Below are positions 1-10,727 of a stretch of DNA of 64,000 nucleotides, one piece after another; position 1 is the first letter of the stretch, and the number at the start of each line of letters is the position of its first letter. Where the stretch lies: NCBI GenBank assembly GCA_964626665.1, contig CAZVGK010000006.1, forward strand, positions 51,393-115,392, in the 5' to 3' direction. The notes under the pieces are model-generated. The model ran no database searches. It was not told the origin of the DNA and was given only the letters and a program-made list of their open reading frames with translations. The DNA comes from an uncultured Gemmatimonadota bacterium (GTDB lineage: Bacteria > SM23-81 > DAOVCL01). The translations under genes were made by a program, and so were the position numbers.

Positions 1-1
1 C

Positions 2-1342
2 CAGCAGGGTTTGCAGGTTTTAGGCTCCCGAAAGACCTGCCGGGAGGGTGGGCTGCTCTATAATGTGCTGGGAAATGCTTACTTCTACCGAGGAGAGCCC
101 AAGAAGGCGGAGAAGTTCTACCAGAAGAGCCTGGGGATAAGGGAGAAATTGGGGAATCAGAGAGCCGTCTCTTCATCGCTGAACAACTTGGGGAACATCT
201 ACTTCATGCAGGGGGAACACAGCAAGGCTGTGGACTACCATACCCGCAGTATGGAGATATCCGAGAGGATCGGAAACATTATGGGTGTCTCCGGTTCCCA
301 CATCAACCTGGGCAATATCTACCAGGTAGGGGGGCAACCCTCTAAGGCATTAAGCTACTTTCAGAAATCCTTGGAGATTAACCAGCGGGTGGGGGATAAA
401 AATGGGCAGGCCTCCTGTATGAACAATATCGCTGGCATCCGCATAGACAAAGGTGACCTCCAGGGGGCAGCCGACCTCTTCCAGTCCAGTCAAGAGATCT
501 TTCGCCAGATAGGGAATAAGTTCGGTGAGGCAATGTGTTACGCTAACTTAGGGATAACCTTCTTTGCTCGAGGGAAGTATTCCCAGGCCTTAAGCTTCTA
601 TCGGAAGGGTCTGAAGATGGCTCGGTTGCTGAGTAACTCCTCACTGCAGGCTACGTCTCACAACAACTTGGGAGAGGCCTACCTCGCCTTAGGGGAGGTG
701 AAGGGAGCGAGGAAGGAGATAGAGGAGGTTATCTCTATAACGGAGAAAAGTGGAGAGAAGCGGCTCTTGGCGGAGGCTTACAATCTTTTGGGCAAGGCCG
801 AGCTGACCACGGGAGAAATCTCGCGGGCGGAGGCTGCCCAGAGGAAGGCCTTGGAATACTCCACCCTGTTGGGGGATGAGCGGTTCCGGGGGCGGGCCTT
901 TGTCGATTTGGGTCACATCGCCCTGAGGCAGGAAAAGGACGAGGAGGCCCTGGGTTATTGTGAGGAGGCCCTTTCCATTGCGGAAAGGCAGGGAGCCAAG
1001 GAGCTTTTGGCCGAGGCTTTCCTGCTCAGGGGCCAGGTGGAGGGGCGGCGCAGTTGGGGCAATAGATCGAGGGCCCTGAAATTCTTGGAGAGGACGATCA
1101 ATCTCGCCCAGGAGATGGGGGTCCCTGAGCCGAACTGGAGAGGCCACTACCAGATGGGCAAGCTTTATCAGGAAGGCAAGTTCCTCCAAAAGGCGCTGCG
1201 CCACTATGCAGAGTGTGTGTCCATATTCAAGTCCTCCTGCTCTCAGATCAAAGTGGAGAGGCTTAAGTGGAGCTATCTTGAGGAGAAGGGGAGGCGGGAG
1301 GTCTTCGAGGCGATAAAAAAGCTAAAGAAAATCGCTCCATAG
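2..1342 (+). CDS. TPR-repeat protein, C-terminal part (5' end lies outside the window)
   Basis: The frame is open from the window edge. Tandem TPR-like units (NNLGNIY...A..Y..SL.I) run throughout. Confidence 0.85.
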   Translation, partial: QQGLQVLGSRKTCREGGLLYNVLGNAYFYRGEPKKAEKFYQKSLGIREKLGNQRAVSSSLNNLGNIYFMQGEHSKAVDYHTRSMEISERIGNIMGVSGSHINLGNIYQVGGQPSKALSYFQKSLEINQRVGDKNGQASCMNNIAGIRIDKGDLQGAADLFQSSQEIFRQIGNKFGEAMCYANLGITFFARGKYSQALSFYRKGLKMARLLSNSSLQATSHNNLGEAYLALGEVKGARKEIEEVISITEKSGEKRLLAEAYNLLGKAELTTGEISRAEAAQRKALEYSTLLGDERFRGRAFVDLGHIALRQEKDEEALGYCEEALSIAERQGAKELLAEAFLLRGQVEGRRSWGNRSRALKFLERTINLAQEMGVPEPNWRGHYQMGKLYQEGKFLQKALRHYAECVSIFKSSCSQIKVERLKWSYLEEKGRREVFEAIKKLKKIAP

Positions 1343-1367
1343 CCGAATATTATTAGAGGAGCTAATT

Positions 1368-4300
1368 ATGGGTAGAAGGAAGAGTAGAACCATAGAGGGG
1401 TTTTTCCGGGAGGTGGATGGGCAGATAAAGGAGCTGGAGGGCAGATTGGGCCCATTTCAGGGAGAGCCATTAGGGGAAGGGGGGGTGAACTTAAAGAAGA
1501 TGTTGGAAATCTCCCGGGCGATGAATTCCACATTAGAGCTCGCCCACCTCTTAAGCTATGTGATGGACAAGGTGGTAGAGATCACCAGGGCGGAGAGGGG
1601 TTTCCTTATCTTAGTGGGGAAGGGGGGCAACCTGGAGTTTAAGGTGGCTCGCAACCTGAGCCGGGAGGAGATAGCCAGCGCCGAGTTCGAGATCAGCCAT
1701 TCGATAATCGGGGAGGTAGTGAAGACCGTCCAGCCTATGCTTATAGAGAACGCATTTGAGGATGGGAGATTTGCCCAACAGGTCAGCGTGAGGGATTTGG
1801 AGCTGCGCTCCATTATGTGTGTTCCTCTGCAGGTCAAGGGCAAATTAACTGGCGTGGTCTATGTTGACAACCGTTCCGTAGTCGGCCAGTTTGATCAGGA
1901 TGACCTCGACCTCCTCATCCTCTTTGCCAGCCAGGCGGCCATTGCCATAGAGAACGCCCGGCTCTATGAGGATCTCCACCGCTCCCAGGAGGAGATTAAG
2001 AGGTGGAACAGGGAGCTGGAGAGGAAGGTGGAGGAGAAGACCAGGGAGATCAGAACCTCGGAGGAGAAATATAGAGCCTTAGTGATGAATGCCTTGGCTG
2101 GCCTTTATATATTTCAAGACAGCAAGTTCAAGTTTGTGAATCCAGAGATAGAGTCGATCACTGGATATAGTCGAGAGGAGATAATAGGAAAGAGCTTCTG
2201 GGAGGTAGTTGCTCCCCATGATAGGAAGCTGGTTAAGGAGAGGGGACTGAGAAGGGAGGGGGGAGAGAAGGTTGAAAGCCATTATGGTTTTAAGATTGTG
2301 AGGAAGGATGGTGAGTTGCGGGATGTGGAGGCTCTGGCCTCCCGCATAAAGTATGAGGGGAAACCAGCAGTGCAGGGCTGGATTAGGGACATTACCGAGG
2401 AGAAATGGGCACGGGAACAGACAAAACGGGGGTATAATCGGGTTAAGGAGTTAACCAGCATTGCCGGCAGCATCTTACGGGAGAGAGACCTAAAGAAGAT
2501 ATTGGATCAAATTGCCACCGCGGTAAAGGGGTTTGCCGGTTTCGGGAGGGTATTGATCTCCCTTATGGATAGGGACTTCAACGGCCGTCTAGTCTCCTTC
2601 GTGGGCCTGACCAAGAGAGAGGTGGAGGAGGTAAGGGGGAAGAGTATGACCCCTGAGGAGAGGAGGATGGTCTTCAGTGACCGTTGGCTGTTGGGCGGTT
2701 CATATTACATTCCCCACGATCAGATGCCCTTCCAGGATAGGGGCATACCCAGCCGGGCACCGCAGGGGGGCTTCCTGGGTTGGCACCCCAATGACCTGCT
2801 TCTCATACCCCTGCGGGGGACCAAGGGGAGGTTTATCGGTTACATCTCGGTGGATGAGCCAGATGATGGACGAGTCCCTACGGCGGAATCCTTGGTTCCC
2901 GTGGAGCTTTTTGCCAAGTTAGCCTCCGTGGCCATCGAGAACGCCAACCTCTTTAGCGAACTCCAGCGCCGGCTCCAGGAACTAAATACCCTCAACCGCA
3001 TTGGTGAAGTTCTTAGTTCCACCTTGGAGCTGGATGAGCTGCTGCCGGAGGTATATAAGCAGGCCAGCAGGGTAATGGATACCACCAACTTTTACATTGC
3101 CCTCTACGATGAGGGTTTAGATGAGATTGAGTTCGTCTTCACGGTGGAGGGGGAGAGACAGCTCACGGATCCTCCGGTGAAAAGGTGGGGCGGAAAGGGG
3201 ATGACCGAATATATCATTCGAAACAGGGCGCCGCTCCTCGTGAAGAGGGATGTTGACAGGTGGCAAAAGGAGCAGGGGATCGAAATGATTGGGAAGCCCG
3301 CCTCCTCCTGGCTGGGTGTGCCGATCATTGCCGGGGAGAAGGTGTTAGGGGTCATTGGCGTGCAGAGCCACACCCAGGAAAACAGCTATGATGAGGGTCA
3401 TCTCGAGCTGCTCTCCACCATTGCCTCCCAGGCCGCGGTAGCTATGGAGAACGCCAGACTCTTCGATAGATATGAGATGAAAGTAAACCAGCTCTCCACC
3501 ATCTTAGAGGTGAGCAGGAGCCTCTCCCTCACCCTTTCCTTTGATGAGGTCCTCTCCGAGATCGCCTCTGATGTGCAGGGGCTTCTCAAGGGTGACCTCT
3601 CCGTTCTCTACGTCTTGGAGGAGGGGGATATATTAAGGCCAAAGGCGGTGATGGGCAATTATGCCCAAGAGATAATCGCCCATTCCCTGCAGGTAGGGGT
3701 TGGCCTGGCCGGATCCGTGGCCAAGAAGGGGAGCGCGCAGATACTAAATGATCTCCAAAGGGCCAAGAGGGATAGGCTTCCCATTAAGTCCCCGCTGACC
3801 CAATCCCTCCTCTCGGTTCCCCTTCTCTCCAAGGGAAAGATACTGGGCGCACTTACCGTGGCTCGGTTGGGGGAGGGAAGGAAATTTGCCCGGGAGGAGC
3901 TGGAACTCTGTGAGATCTTTGCCTCCCAAGCTGCGGGGGTATTGGAGGATGCCCAGCTCTTCGATGAGATAAACCGCGCCTATGAGCAGTTGAAGCTTAC
4001 CCAACAGCAGCTTGTGCAGGCCGGGAAGCTGGCCGCGGTCGGGGAGCTGGCCGCGGGGGTGGCCCATGAGCTGAATAACCCTATTGGGGGGATCTTAGGC
4101 TATGCCCAATATGCGCTGGAGAAGCTGAATAGGAGGACTACCCTTACCGACCAGGAGCTGGAGAGCTTGCACAAATACTTAGACTACATCCAGCAAGGTT
4201 CCCAGAGGGTTAAAGGTATTGTGGAGAATCTCCTCCGTTTCTCCCGGGCGGACTCCTCCGGATTCGGAAGCCTGGACATAAACAAGGTGTTAGAGAACTC

Positions 4301-4748
4301 CTTTGCCTTTACCCAGCACCAACTGAAGCTTAGTAAGGTTGAGGTGGTTAAGGAGCTAAATCTGGAAGTCCCTGCACTGAAAGGGAATGCCAACCAACTG
4401 GAGCAGGTCTTCACCAACCTGATTATTAATGCTGGTAAGGCAATGCCCCAGGGGGGAAAGCTCCAGATTAAATCGGGTTATGATGTAAAGAGTTCAACGG
4501 TCAAAGTTGAATTTGCCGATACCGGATGTGGCATCCCCCAGGAGAACCTGAATAAGATATTTGACCCCTTCTTTACTACGAGGAAGACTGGAGAGGGAAC
4601 AGGACTGGGCCTCTCGGTGAGCTATGGCATTGTGAAGAACCATCAGGGGAAAATAGAGGTGAAGAGTAAGGAGGGGGAGGGGACCAGGTTTGTTATCAGC
4701 CTGCCGGCTGGCGAAGCCTCGCCTCAAAGTGAAGGACCCACTGGGTGA
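1368..4748 (+). CDS. Multi-sensor histidine kinase (GAF-PAS-GAF-GAF-GAF-HisKA-HATPase)
   Basis: GAF motifs (AAIAIENARLY), a PAS segment, H-box AGVAHELNNP, N-box QVFTNLIINA, G-boxes DTGCGI and GTGLGL; RBS GAGGAG upstream. Confidence 0.93.
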   Translation: MGRRKSRTIEGFFREVDGQIKELEGRLGPFQGEPLGEGGVNLKKMLEISRAMNSTLELAHLLSYVMDKVVEITRAERGFLILVGKGGNLEFKVARNLSREEIASAEFEISHSIIGEVVKTVQPMLIENAFEDGRFAQQVSVRDLELRSIMCVPLQVKGKLTGVVYVDNRSVVGQFDQDDLDLLILFASQAAIAIENARLYEDLHRSQEEIKRWNRELERKVEEKTREIRTSEEKYRALVMNALAGLYIFQDSKFKFVNPEIESITGYSREEIIGKSFWEVVAPHDRKLVKERGLRREGGEKVESHYGFKIVRKDGELRDVEALASRIKYEGKPAVQGWIRDITEEKWAREQTKRGYNRVKELTSIAGSILRERDLKKILDQIATAVKGFAGFGRVLISLMDRDFNGRLVSFVGLTKREVEEVRGKSMTPEERRMVFSDRWLLGGSYYIPHDQMPFQDRGIPSRAPQGGFLGWHPNDLLLIPLRGTKGRFIGYISVDEPDDGRVPTAESLVPVELFAKLASVAIENANLFSELQRRLQELNTLNRIGEVLSSTLELDELLPEVYKQASRVMDTTNFYIALYDEGLDEIEFVFTVEGERQLTDPPVKRWGGKGMTEYIIRNRAPLLVKRDVDRWQKEQGIEMIGKPASSWLGVPIIAGEKVLGVIGVQSHTQENSYDEGHLELLSTIASQAAVAMENARLFDRYEMKVNQLSTILEVSRSLSLTLSFDEVLSEIASDVQGLLKGDLSVLYVLEEGDILRPKAVMGNYAQEIIAHSLQVGVGLAGSVAKKGSAQILNDLQRAKRDRLPIKSPLTQSLLSVPLLSKGKILGALTVARLGEGRKFAREELELCEIFASQAAGVLEDAQLFDEINRAYEQLKLTQQQLVQAGKLAAVGELAAGVAHELNNPIGGILGYAQYALEKLNRRTTLTDQELESLHKYLDYIQQGSQRVKGIVENLLRFSRADSSGFGSLDINKVLENSFAFTQHQLKLSKVEVVKELNLEVPALKGNANQLEQVFTNLIINAGKAMPQGGKLQIKSGYDVKSSTVKVEFADTGCGIPQENLNKIFDPFFTTRKTGEGTGLGLSVSYGIVKNHQGKIEVKSKEGEGTRFVISLPAGEASPQSEGPTG

Positions 4749-5074
4749 GACCTCGAGTGTAAGAAGAATGTAGAATGAAAGAGCTATGGGCCCAGACAAT
4801 AATCGGCATCAGGAGATGCCTCCCACAACTTCTTGAAGATGGGACACGAATGCCTCGAATAAACGAATCTACACGAATGGGAGCCCCGTGTGTCGCAGAT
4901 CGTTGCTCGTAAGATCGGGGAACGAACCGCAAAAACCGAATACCGAGAACCGATAGCAAAAAGCTGAGTCAATTAGGATTTGTGCTATTCGTCCATTCGT
5001 GGGATTTGTGTTCAAGGCCTTATCAACAACCCGTCAGGGCGGGGATCCTGACGTCACAGGAAAGGGGGTGAAAG

Positions 5075-5386
5075 ATGAGAGTTGACTTACAGAAGATAAA
5101 ATCTGGGATGAAACTTAGCGAGCCGGTCTTAAACCAACAAGGAGGCCTTTTACTCAAGGAAGGAGAGGTAATTACCCCTCAGCATCTTATGCTCTTTAAA
5201 ACCTGGGGAGTTGGACAGTTTGAGGTCGAGGGTGAGTCTAAAAAGGAGGAGGGGACAAAGAAAGGAGAGGAGATAGAGAAGGAGGTTGAGGCCATATTCT
5301 CGGCCTCTGGTGGGGGAGAGATTATGGAGGAGATCAAGAGGGTAGCTAAAAAGATGAGGGCAGCTAAGGAGAGGAGTAGCCAATGA
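5075..5386 (+). CDS. Small hypothetical protein resembling the N-terminal module of HD-GYP/HDOD-associated proteins
   Basis: Motif KSGMKLSEPVLNQQGGLLLKEG; purine-rich RBS; ATGA overlap with the HDOD gene. Confidence 0.7.
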   Translation: MRVDLQKIKSGMKLSEPVLNQQGGLLLKEGEVITPQHLMLFKTWGVGQFEVEGESKKEEGTKKGEEIEKEVEAIFSASGGGEIMEEIKRVAKKMRAAKERSSQ

Positions 5387-6231
5387 ATGTAGGCCAATTG
5401 CATGGAAGGATAGAAAGAACCAGTGACCTTCCCACCCTCCCGGTCATCTACCAGAAGGTTAAGGATCTAGTGGATAACCCGCAGACTTCCGCATCAGATC
5501 TGGGCAAGGTGATTACCCAAGATCAGGTTCTTACCACGAAGCTCTTGAGGTTGGTCAACTCTTCATTTTATGGATCCCCCCAGAGGATAACCACGGTAAA
5601 CCGGGCCATCACTATAATAGGATTTAGGGCCTTAAAGGCTATGGTTCTGGCTACCTCTATCCTGAGGGCCTTCTCGCTGGATGGGAATGACGGCTTTCAG
5701 GGCGAGGGGTTTTGGCAGCACTCTATCGGGTGTGCGGTCGGGGCTAAGATAATTGGGAAGTATATAAAGTATGAGGAGCCTGATGAGCTCTTTGTGGCTG
5801 GTCTCATCCATGATATTGGGAAAGTGGTGGAGTATGTTGCCTTTGGTGCAGAACTAAAGGAGATACTGAGGATTACAGAAAAGGAGGGCATTTTCATCCG
5901 GGAGGCCGAGAACAGGGTTTTGGGGGCGGATCACGCCCAGATAGGGAGCATATTTATCCGCAAATGGAAGTTACCTCCCCAATTAATCGAGCCAATTACC
6001 TACCATCATACCCCCCAGGAGGCCAAGGAATTCTCCCGGGAGGTGGGAGTGGTTCACCTCTCTGATATACTTATCAAGGCCTTGGGGTTGGGATGGGCGG
6101 GTGATTACAAAGTCCCTCCCTTGGATTTAGGAGTGTGGGATAACTTGGGTTTGGCAATATCGGCCATAGAGCCTATTATGGAGGAGATGGAAGAGGGGTT
6201 CTGGGATGGGATCTCCATCTTAAAGGAATAG
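5383..6231 (+). CDS. HDOD domain protein
   Basis: LPTLP, DQVLTTKLLRLVNS, FWQHS, GLIHDIGK, DHAQIG..WKLP motifs. Confidence 0.92.
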   Translation: MNVGQLHGRIERTSDLPTLPVIYQKVKDLVDNPQTSASDLGKVITQDQVLTTKLLRLVNSSFYGSPQRITTVNRAITIIGFRALKAMVLATSILRAFSLDGNDGFQGEGFWQHSIGCAVGAKIIGKYIKYEEPDELFVAGLIHDIGKVVEYVAFGAELKEILRITEKEGIFIREAENRVLGADHAQIGSIFIRKWKLPPQLIEPITYHHTPQEAKEFSREVGVVHLSDILIKALGLGWAGDYKVPPLDLGVWDNLGLAISAIEPIMEEMEEGFWDGISILKE

Positions 6232-6688
6232 GCAAGGATCGGAGGATCAGGGGATCAGGGGAAAATGGAAATTATGGAGCCGTCAGATCCCCTGATCTGA
6301 CAGCAGCTCCTTTCCCCGAGCGATCAGATGCCCTCATCTGACCGCAAAGGGTGGGTGACAGAATTGGGGTTCTGCCACCTCGATATGATCTTTCTATTCG
6401 TGCAGATTCGTCTATTTGTGTCATTCGTGTTCGAGTCCAGTGAACGGGCTAAAGCCCTATCAACCCCGGCTAAAGCCGGGTAGAAAAAAGCTCATCCTGA
6501 GCTGTCAAATCCTCGAGTCTGACGGCAAAGGGAGATGGTGGCAGAATTGGGGTTCTGCCACCTCGATATGAGCGGTTAGATGCCCTCTTCTGACCGTCTC
6601 TCCGACGAGCAAGAGTATAACCGACAATTAGCTGATTACTGATCACCGATCACTGTATTACTGGGTGAGCCGTTATAAGGAGTAGAAT

Positions 6689-8050
6689 ATGTCGATCAAC
6701 CAGAAAGAAGGGTTGGAAGGAGAGCTAAATAGGGCTCAAAAGAGGATAACTCAGCTTGAGTTCACCAATCAATCCTTTCTTCAATCCCTTAGTCGATTGG
6801 AGTCCGCAGGGGAGTTCCAGGAGAGGGTCGAGTTATCCATAGGCCTGGATCAACTGGCAGAGATACTCCTGGAGGAGGCCGGAGAACTGATCAAGCTAGA
6901 GGTCTCTGCCCTGTTCCTGGTTGAGCCTCATTCTCAGGCCTTCAAACTGAAGTTATCCCGGCCTACGGATTCCGCCCCTCTCTCTCAGGAGGAGATCAAA
7001 CAACAGATAGAGACCGGTGTATTCTCCTGGGTGTTAAATCAGAGAAGATTGGCCGTAATCCCTTCCTTAGCCTTGGATGAGAGGAAGGGAGAGCTGATTA
7101 TGGTCCCCCTCACCACAGCCAAGCGAACCATTGGGATGTTACTCGCCCTTGTCGGGGTGGCCGTTGATTTCATCCCCCAGGGGTCGCTTAAGCTCCTCTC
7201 AGTTATGGTCAAACAGGCATCCTTTGCCATTGAGAACAGTCAGTTGTATCAGGGCCTGAAGGATTATAGCCTTAATTTGGAGAAGATGGTGGAGGAGAGG
7301 ACGCAAAAGCTAAAGGAGACCCAATCCCAGCTCTTCCGGTCCTCCAAACTGGCTGCGGTGGGACAGTCGGCGGCAGGAGTGGCTCATGAGCTGAACAATC
7401 CCTTAGGAGGTATTTTGGGGTATACCCAGTGGCTTCTGGAAAAACTGGAGGATGTCAACCTTCAAGGAGAGAATACTCACCAGATTGGGGAATGGTTGCA
7501 ATTTATCGAAAAGGAGACCAAGAGGTGCAAGAAGATAGTAGGGGGGCTGCTCGGATTCTCCCGTAGCGCGGAGATGGATTTTAAACCCTTAGATATCAAT
7601 CAGATTCTTCAGGAGACCCTTCTTTTCTCCGAGCCAAGCCTGAAGCAAAAGAGGATTAAACTGGTAAAAGGGCTTGACCTCTCTCTTCCTCAGATTAACG
7701 GGAATGCCGAACAACTTCAACAGGTTTTTACCAACCTGATACTTAATGCCCAAAAGGCGATGCCCCAAAGGGGAGTTCTTAAGATAAACTCTGAATTTGA
7801 TCCCCAGAAAAGGGAGATACGGATAAGTTTTCGGGACACTGGGTGTGGCATACCGAATGAAATCCAAAGTAGGATATTTGAACCCTTCTTCACCACCAGC
7901 AAACCGGGTGAGGGAACGGGTTTAGGCCTCTCGGTGAGCTATGGAATAGTAAAGGGTCATGGTGGACATATAAAGGTGAAAAGCAAGGTGGGAAAGGGTT
8001 CAACATTTACTGTCTTCTTGCCAGGGGGGGGGAACAATGTCCATGATTGA
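6689..8050 (+). CDS. GAF-domain sensor histidine kinase
   Basis: H-box AGVAHELNNP, QVFTNLILNA, DTGCGI, GTGLGL; RBS AAGGAG. Confidence 0.92.
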   Translation: MSINQKEGLEGELNRAQKRITQLEFTNQSFLQSLSRLESAGEFQERVELSIGLDQLAEILLEEAGELIKLEVSALFLVEPHSQAFKLKLSRPTDSAPLSQEEIKQQIETGVFSWVLNQRRLAVIPSLALDERKGELIMVPLTTAKRTIGMLLALVGVAVDFIPQGSLKLLSVMVKQASFAIENSQLYQGLKDYSLNLEKMVEERTQKLKETQSQLFRSSKLAAVGQSAAGVAHELNNPLGGILGYTQWLLEKLEDVNLQGENTHQIGEWLQFIEKETKRCKKIVGGLLGFSRSAEMDFKPLDINQILQETLLFSEPSLKQKRIKLVKGLDLSLPQINGNAEQLQQVFTNLILNAQKAMPQRGVLKINSEFDPQKREIRISFRDTGCGIPNEIQSRIFEPFFTTSKPGEGTGLGLSVSYGIVKGHGGHIKVKSKVGKGSTFTVFLPGGGNNVHD

Positions 8051-9026
8051 AGGGAACGCCAAGCTACAGGCCGAGACATTGGTCGAAAGTATGAAGGATG
8101 AGGAGATAAACTCCATCTTAGTGGTTGATGATGAGGAGATAATGAGGAGTTTCCTGCAGGATGTCCTTACTGGCGAAGGTTACCAGGTGGATATTGTTCC
8201 CACTGGGGAGGAGGCAGTGGATAAAGTTGGCGAGAAGAGATACGATTTGGTGATCACCGATATAAAGATGTCGGGGATTGATGGAATTCAGGTCTTGAGC
8301 CAGGTGAAGGAGATCAACCCGGCCACTGAGGTAGTGGTGATGACCGGATACGCCTCCTTAGAGTCTGCAGTGGAGTCTATGAAGATGGGGGCTGCCGATT
8401 ATATTACTAAACCCTTCAACATTGATCAGATAAGGATTGTGGTGGCCAAGACCTTAGAGAGGAAGAAGTTGCGGCAGAAGGCCGAAGATGAGGAGTTCTA
8501 CAAGCATCTTTCGCGCACAGACGGGCTGACAAACCTCTATAACCAACGTTTTATGCATCAACTGTTGCAGTCTGAGATCTCGCGGGCCAAGAGGTTTCGC
8601 CAATCCCTTTGCCTTCTTATGCTTGATATAGACAACTTCAAGGTATACAACGATACAAACGGTCACCTGGCTGGCGATCAGGCCCTCAAGCAATTGGCCT
8701 GGATATTGAACAAATCCGTGCGCAGTTGTGATATGGTAGCCAGATATGGAGGTGAGGAATTTGTGGTTATTGCTCCCCAGACCGACCTGGAGGGGGGGGA
8801 GATACTGGCTACGAGGTTGAATCGGTTGGTGAGGGAGACCAAATTCGCCAAGGAGGAGGTCTTCCCCCAGGGGAGATTGACGGTAAGCATTGGTGTGGCC
8901 TGTTTCCCTGAGCAAGCTACAGACGAACGGAGCCTCATAGAGAGATCAGACCAAGCCCTTTATCAGGCCAAATCCAAGGGTAGGGACCAGGTTTGTCTCT
9001 ATGGAGGGGCTAATGAAAAGGGCTAA
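8037..9026 (+). CDS. Response-regulator diguanylate cyclase (REC-GGDEF)
   Basis: REC motifs (VVDDE, ITDIKM, ITKPF) plus DGLTNLYN, DIDNFK, RYGGEEF. The start may instead be the ATG at 8091. Confidence 0.92.
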   Translation: MSMIEGNAKLQAETLVESMKDEEINSILVVDDEEIMRSFLQDVLTGEGYQVDIVPTGEEAVDKVGEKRYDLVITDIKMSGIDGIQVLSQVKEINPATEVVVMTGYASLESAVESMKMGAADYITKPFNIDQIRIVVAKTLERKKLRQKAEDEEFYKHLSRTDGLTNLYNQRFMHQLLQSEISRAKRFRQSLCLLMLDIDNFKVYNDTNGHLAGDQALKQLAWILNKSVRSCDMVARYGGEEFVVIAPQTDLEGGEILATRLNRLVRETKFAKEEVFPQGRLTVSIGVACFPEQATDERSLIERSDQALYQAKSKGRDQVCLYGGANEKG

Positions 9027-9372
9027 GGTTCTCGTAGTTGACGATGAGCCGGTGATCAGGAGCCTCCTCTCCGATGTCCTCCGCGAGGAAGGCCTGGATG
9101 TGGTGGTGGCCAAGGGGGGAGAGGAAGGGATAAGTAGGGCGAGAAAAGACAATTTTGATTTAATCTTTACCGATATTCATATGCCCGATGTAGATGGGAT
9201 AGAGGTGCTTAAGGTGGTCAAGGGGATGAACAGATCGACTGAAGTTATCCTTATGAACAGCTATCCGGATGGCCTGGAAGAAAAGGGTTTAAACTTAGGG
9301 GCCTATGGCTGTCTGCACAAACCCTTCGAGCTAAGGGGGTTGCGGTCTATCTTAGAGGATCTGTTGCCATGA
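9013..9372 (+). CDS. Single-domain response regulator
   Basis: VVDDE, FTDIHMP, HKPF; GGAGG RBS just before the ATG at 9013. Confidence 0.88.
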   Translation: MKRAKVLVVDDEPVIRSLLSDVLREEGLDVVVAKGGEEGISRARKDNFDLIFTDIHMPDVDGIEVLKVVKGMNRSTEVILMNSYPDGLEEKGLNLGAYGCLHKPFELRGLRSILEDLLP

Positions 9373-10727
9373 GCAAGGTTCTGGTAGTAGACGACGAGGA
9401 TGTGATTAGGGAGATGGTCAGGGAGGTCCTGGTGGGTGAGGGCTATGAGACTGTCACGGCGGAGGATGGTCGATCTGCCCTCAACAGGATCAAAGATGGG
9501 GGGATTAACCTGCTGTTGACCGACATTAAGATGCCAGAGATGGGCGGAATGAAGTTGATCAAGGAGGCCAGGAAGTTGGACCCCGATCTGCTCTCCATAA
9601 TAATGACTGGATATGGCACCTTGGAAACGGCAAGGAAGGCGATGAGGGAAGGGGCTTATGATTACCTTCTCAAGCCATTTGATCTGGTCGATTTGCGGAT
9701 GGCCGTCTCCAGAGCCTTTGAGAGAAAGAGGCTAGATGAGGAGAATGCGCGCTTAAAACAGCTAACTGGCCTTTTTGAGGTTAGCCAGAAGTTAAGCGAA
9801 ACCATAGAGAGGAATACACTCTCGGAGCTTCTCCTCCGCTCCGCCCTGGCCCAGACCCAGGCGGAACGGGGGGAAATATGGCTGGTGGATAGGGAGGGGA
9901 GGATGCAGGAGGTGGCCACCCACGGTGATGGTCTGGATCTAAAGGGGGTGGTGGGTGAGGTGGTCCAGGGGGGTGAACCCCTCTTCATGGCCGCAGATGA
10001 GGGGGAGCTAATCCTTCTCCCCTTAAAGGCCAGCAGGAAGGTGTTGGGGGTGATCGGTCTCCAGAAGGGCAGTGGCGGAAAGGGTTTTAGCCCGGGAGAT
10101 CGAGAGCTACTCAACCTTTTGGCCAACCAGGGAGCTATATCCTTAGAGAACAGCCACCTCTTCTCCAATCTTCAGGATGCCTATTTTTCCATTATAAAGT
10201 CCTTAAGCCTTCTCCTCGAGGTCAATGACCCCTATACAAAGGGGCACTCCCAGCGGGTAACCGAGCTCTGTCTGAAGTTGAGCAGAAAGCTTGGTTTGAA
10301 GGAGGGCGATGTGCAGCTTTTAAAGCAGGCTGCCCCCCTGCACGATATAGGGAAGATAGCGATTAGTAATGGCATACTCCACAAGAAAGGGAAACTGAGC
10401 CCCAATGATTGGAAGGCCATCAGATCACATCCCATTGTGGGGGATGAGGTCCTAGCCCCCATAGGTTTTTTGCAACAAGCCAGGAAGATCGTCCGTCATC
10501 ATCACGAGAGGATGGATGGAAAAGGTTATCCAGATGGGTTAACTGGAGAGAAGCTTGACCTGCCCACCAGGATAATCATCGTTGCCGATGCCTACGATGC
10601 AATGGCCTCAGATCGTCCTTATCGGAACAGGCTCTCCCGGAAGAGGATCATCCAGGAATTTAGGGAAGGCGAGGGAATCCAGTTTGACCCCCAGATCGTC
10701 CATAGCCTTTTGGAGCTGTTAAATTGA
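9369..10727 (+). CDS. REC-GAF-HD-GYP cyclic di-GMP phosphodiesterase
   Basis: REC N-terminus, DPYTKGHS, HDIGK, HHHERMDGKGYP; ATGA overlap with the previous gene. Confidence 0.92.
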   Translation: MSKVLVVDDEDVIREMVREVLVGEGYETVTAEDGRSALNRIKDGGINLLLTDIKMPEMGGMKLIKEARKLDPDLLSIIMTGYGTLETARKAMREGAYDYLLKPFDLVDLRMAVSRAFERKRLDEENARLKQLTGLFEVSQKLSETIERNTLSELLLRSALAQTQAERGEIWLVDREGRMQEVATHGDGLDLKGVVGEVVQGGEPLFMAADEGELILLPLKASRKVLGVIGLQKGSGGKGFSPGDRELLNLLANQGAISLENSHLFSNLQDAYFSIIKSLSLLLEVNDPYTKGHSQRVTELCLKLSRKLGLKEGDVQLLKQAAPLHDIGKIAISNGILHKKGKLSPNDWKAIRSHPIVGDEVLAPIGFLQQARKIVRHHHERMDGKGYPDGLTGEKLDLPTRIIIVADAYDAMASDRPYRNRLSRKRIIQEFREGEGIQFDPQIVHSLLELLN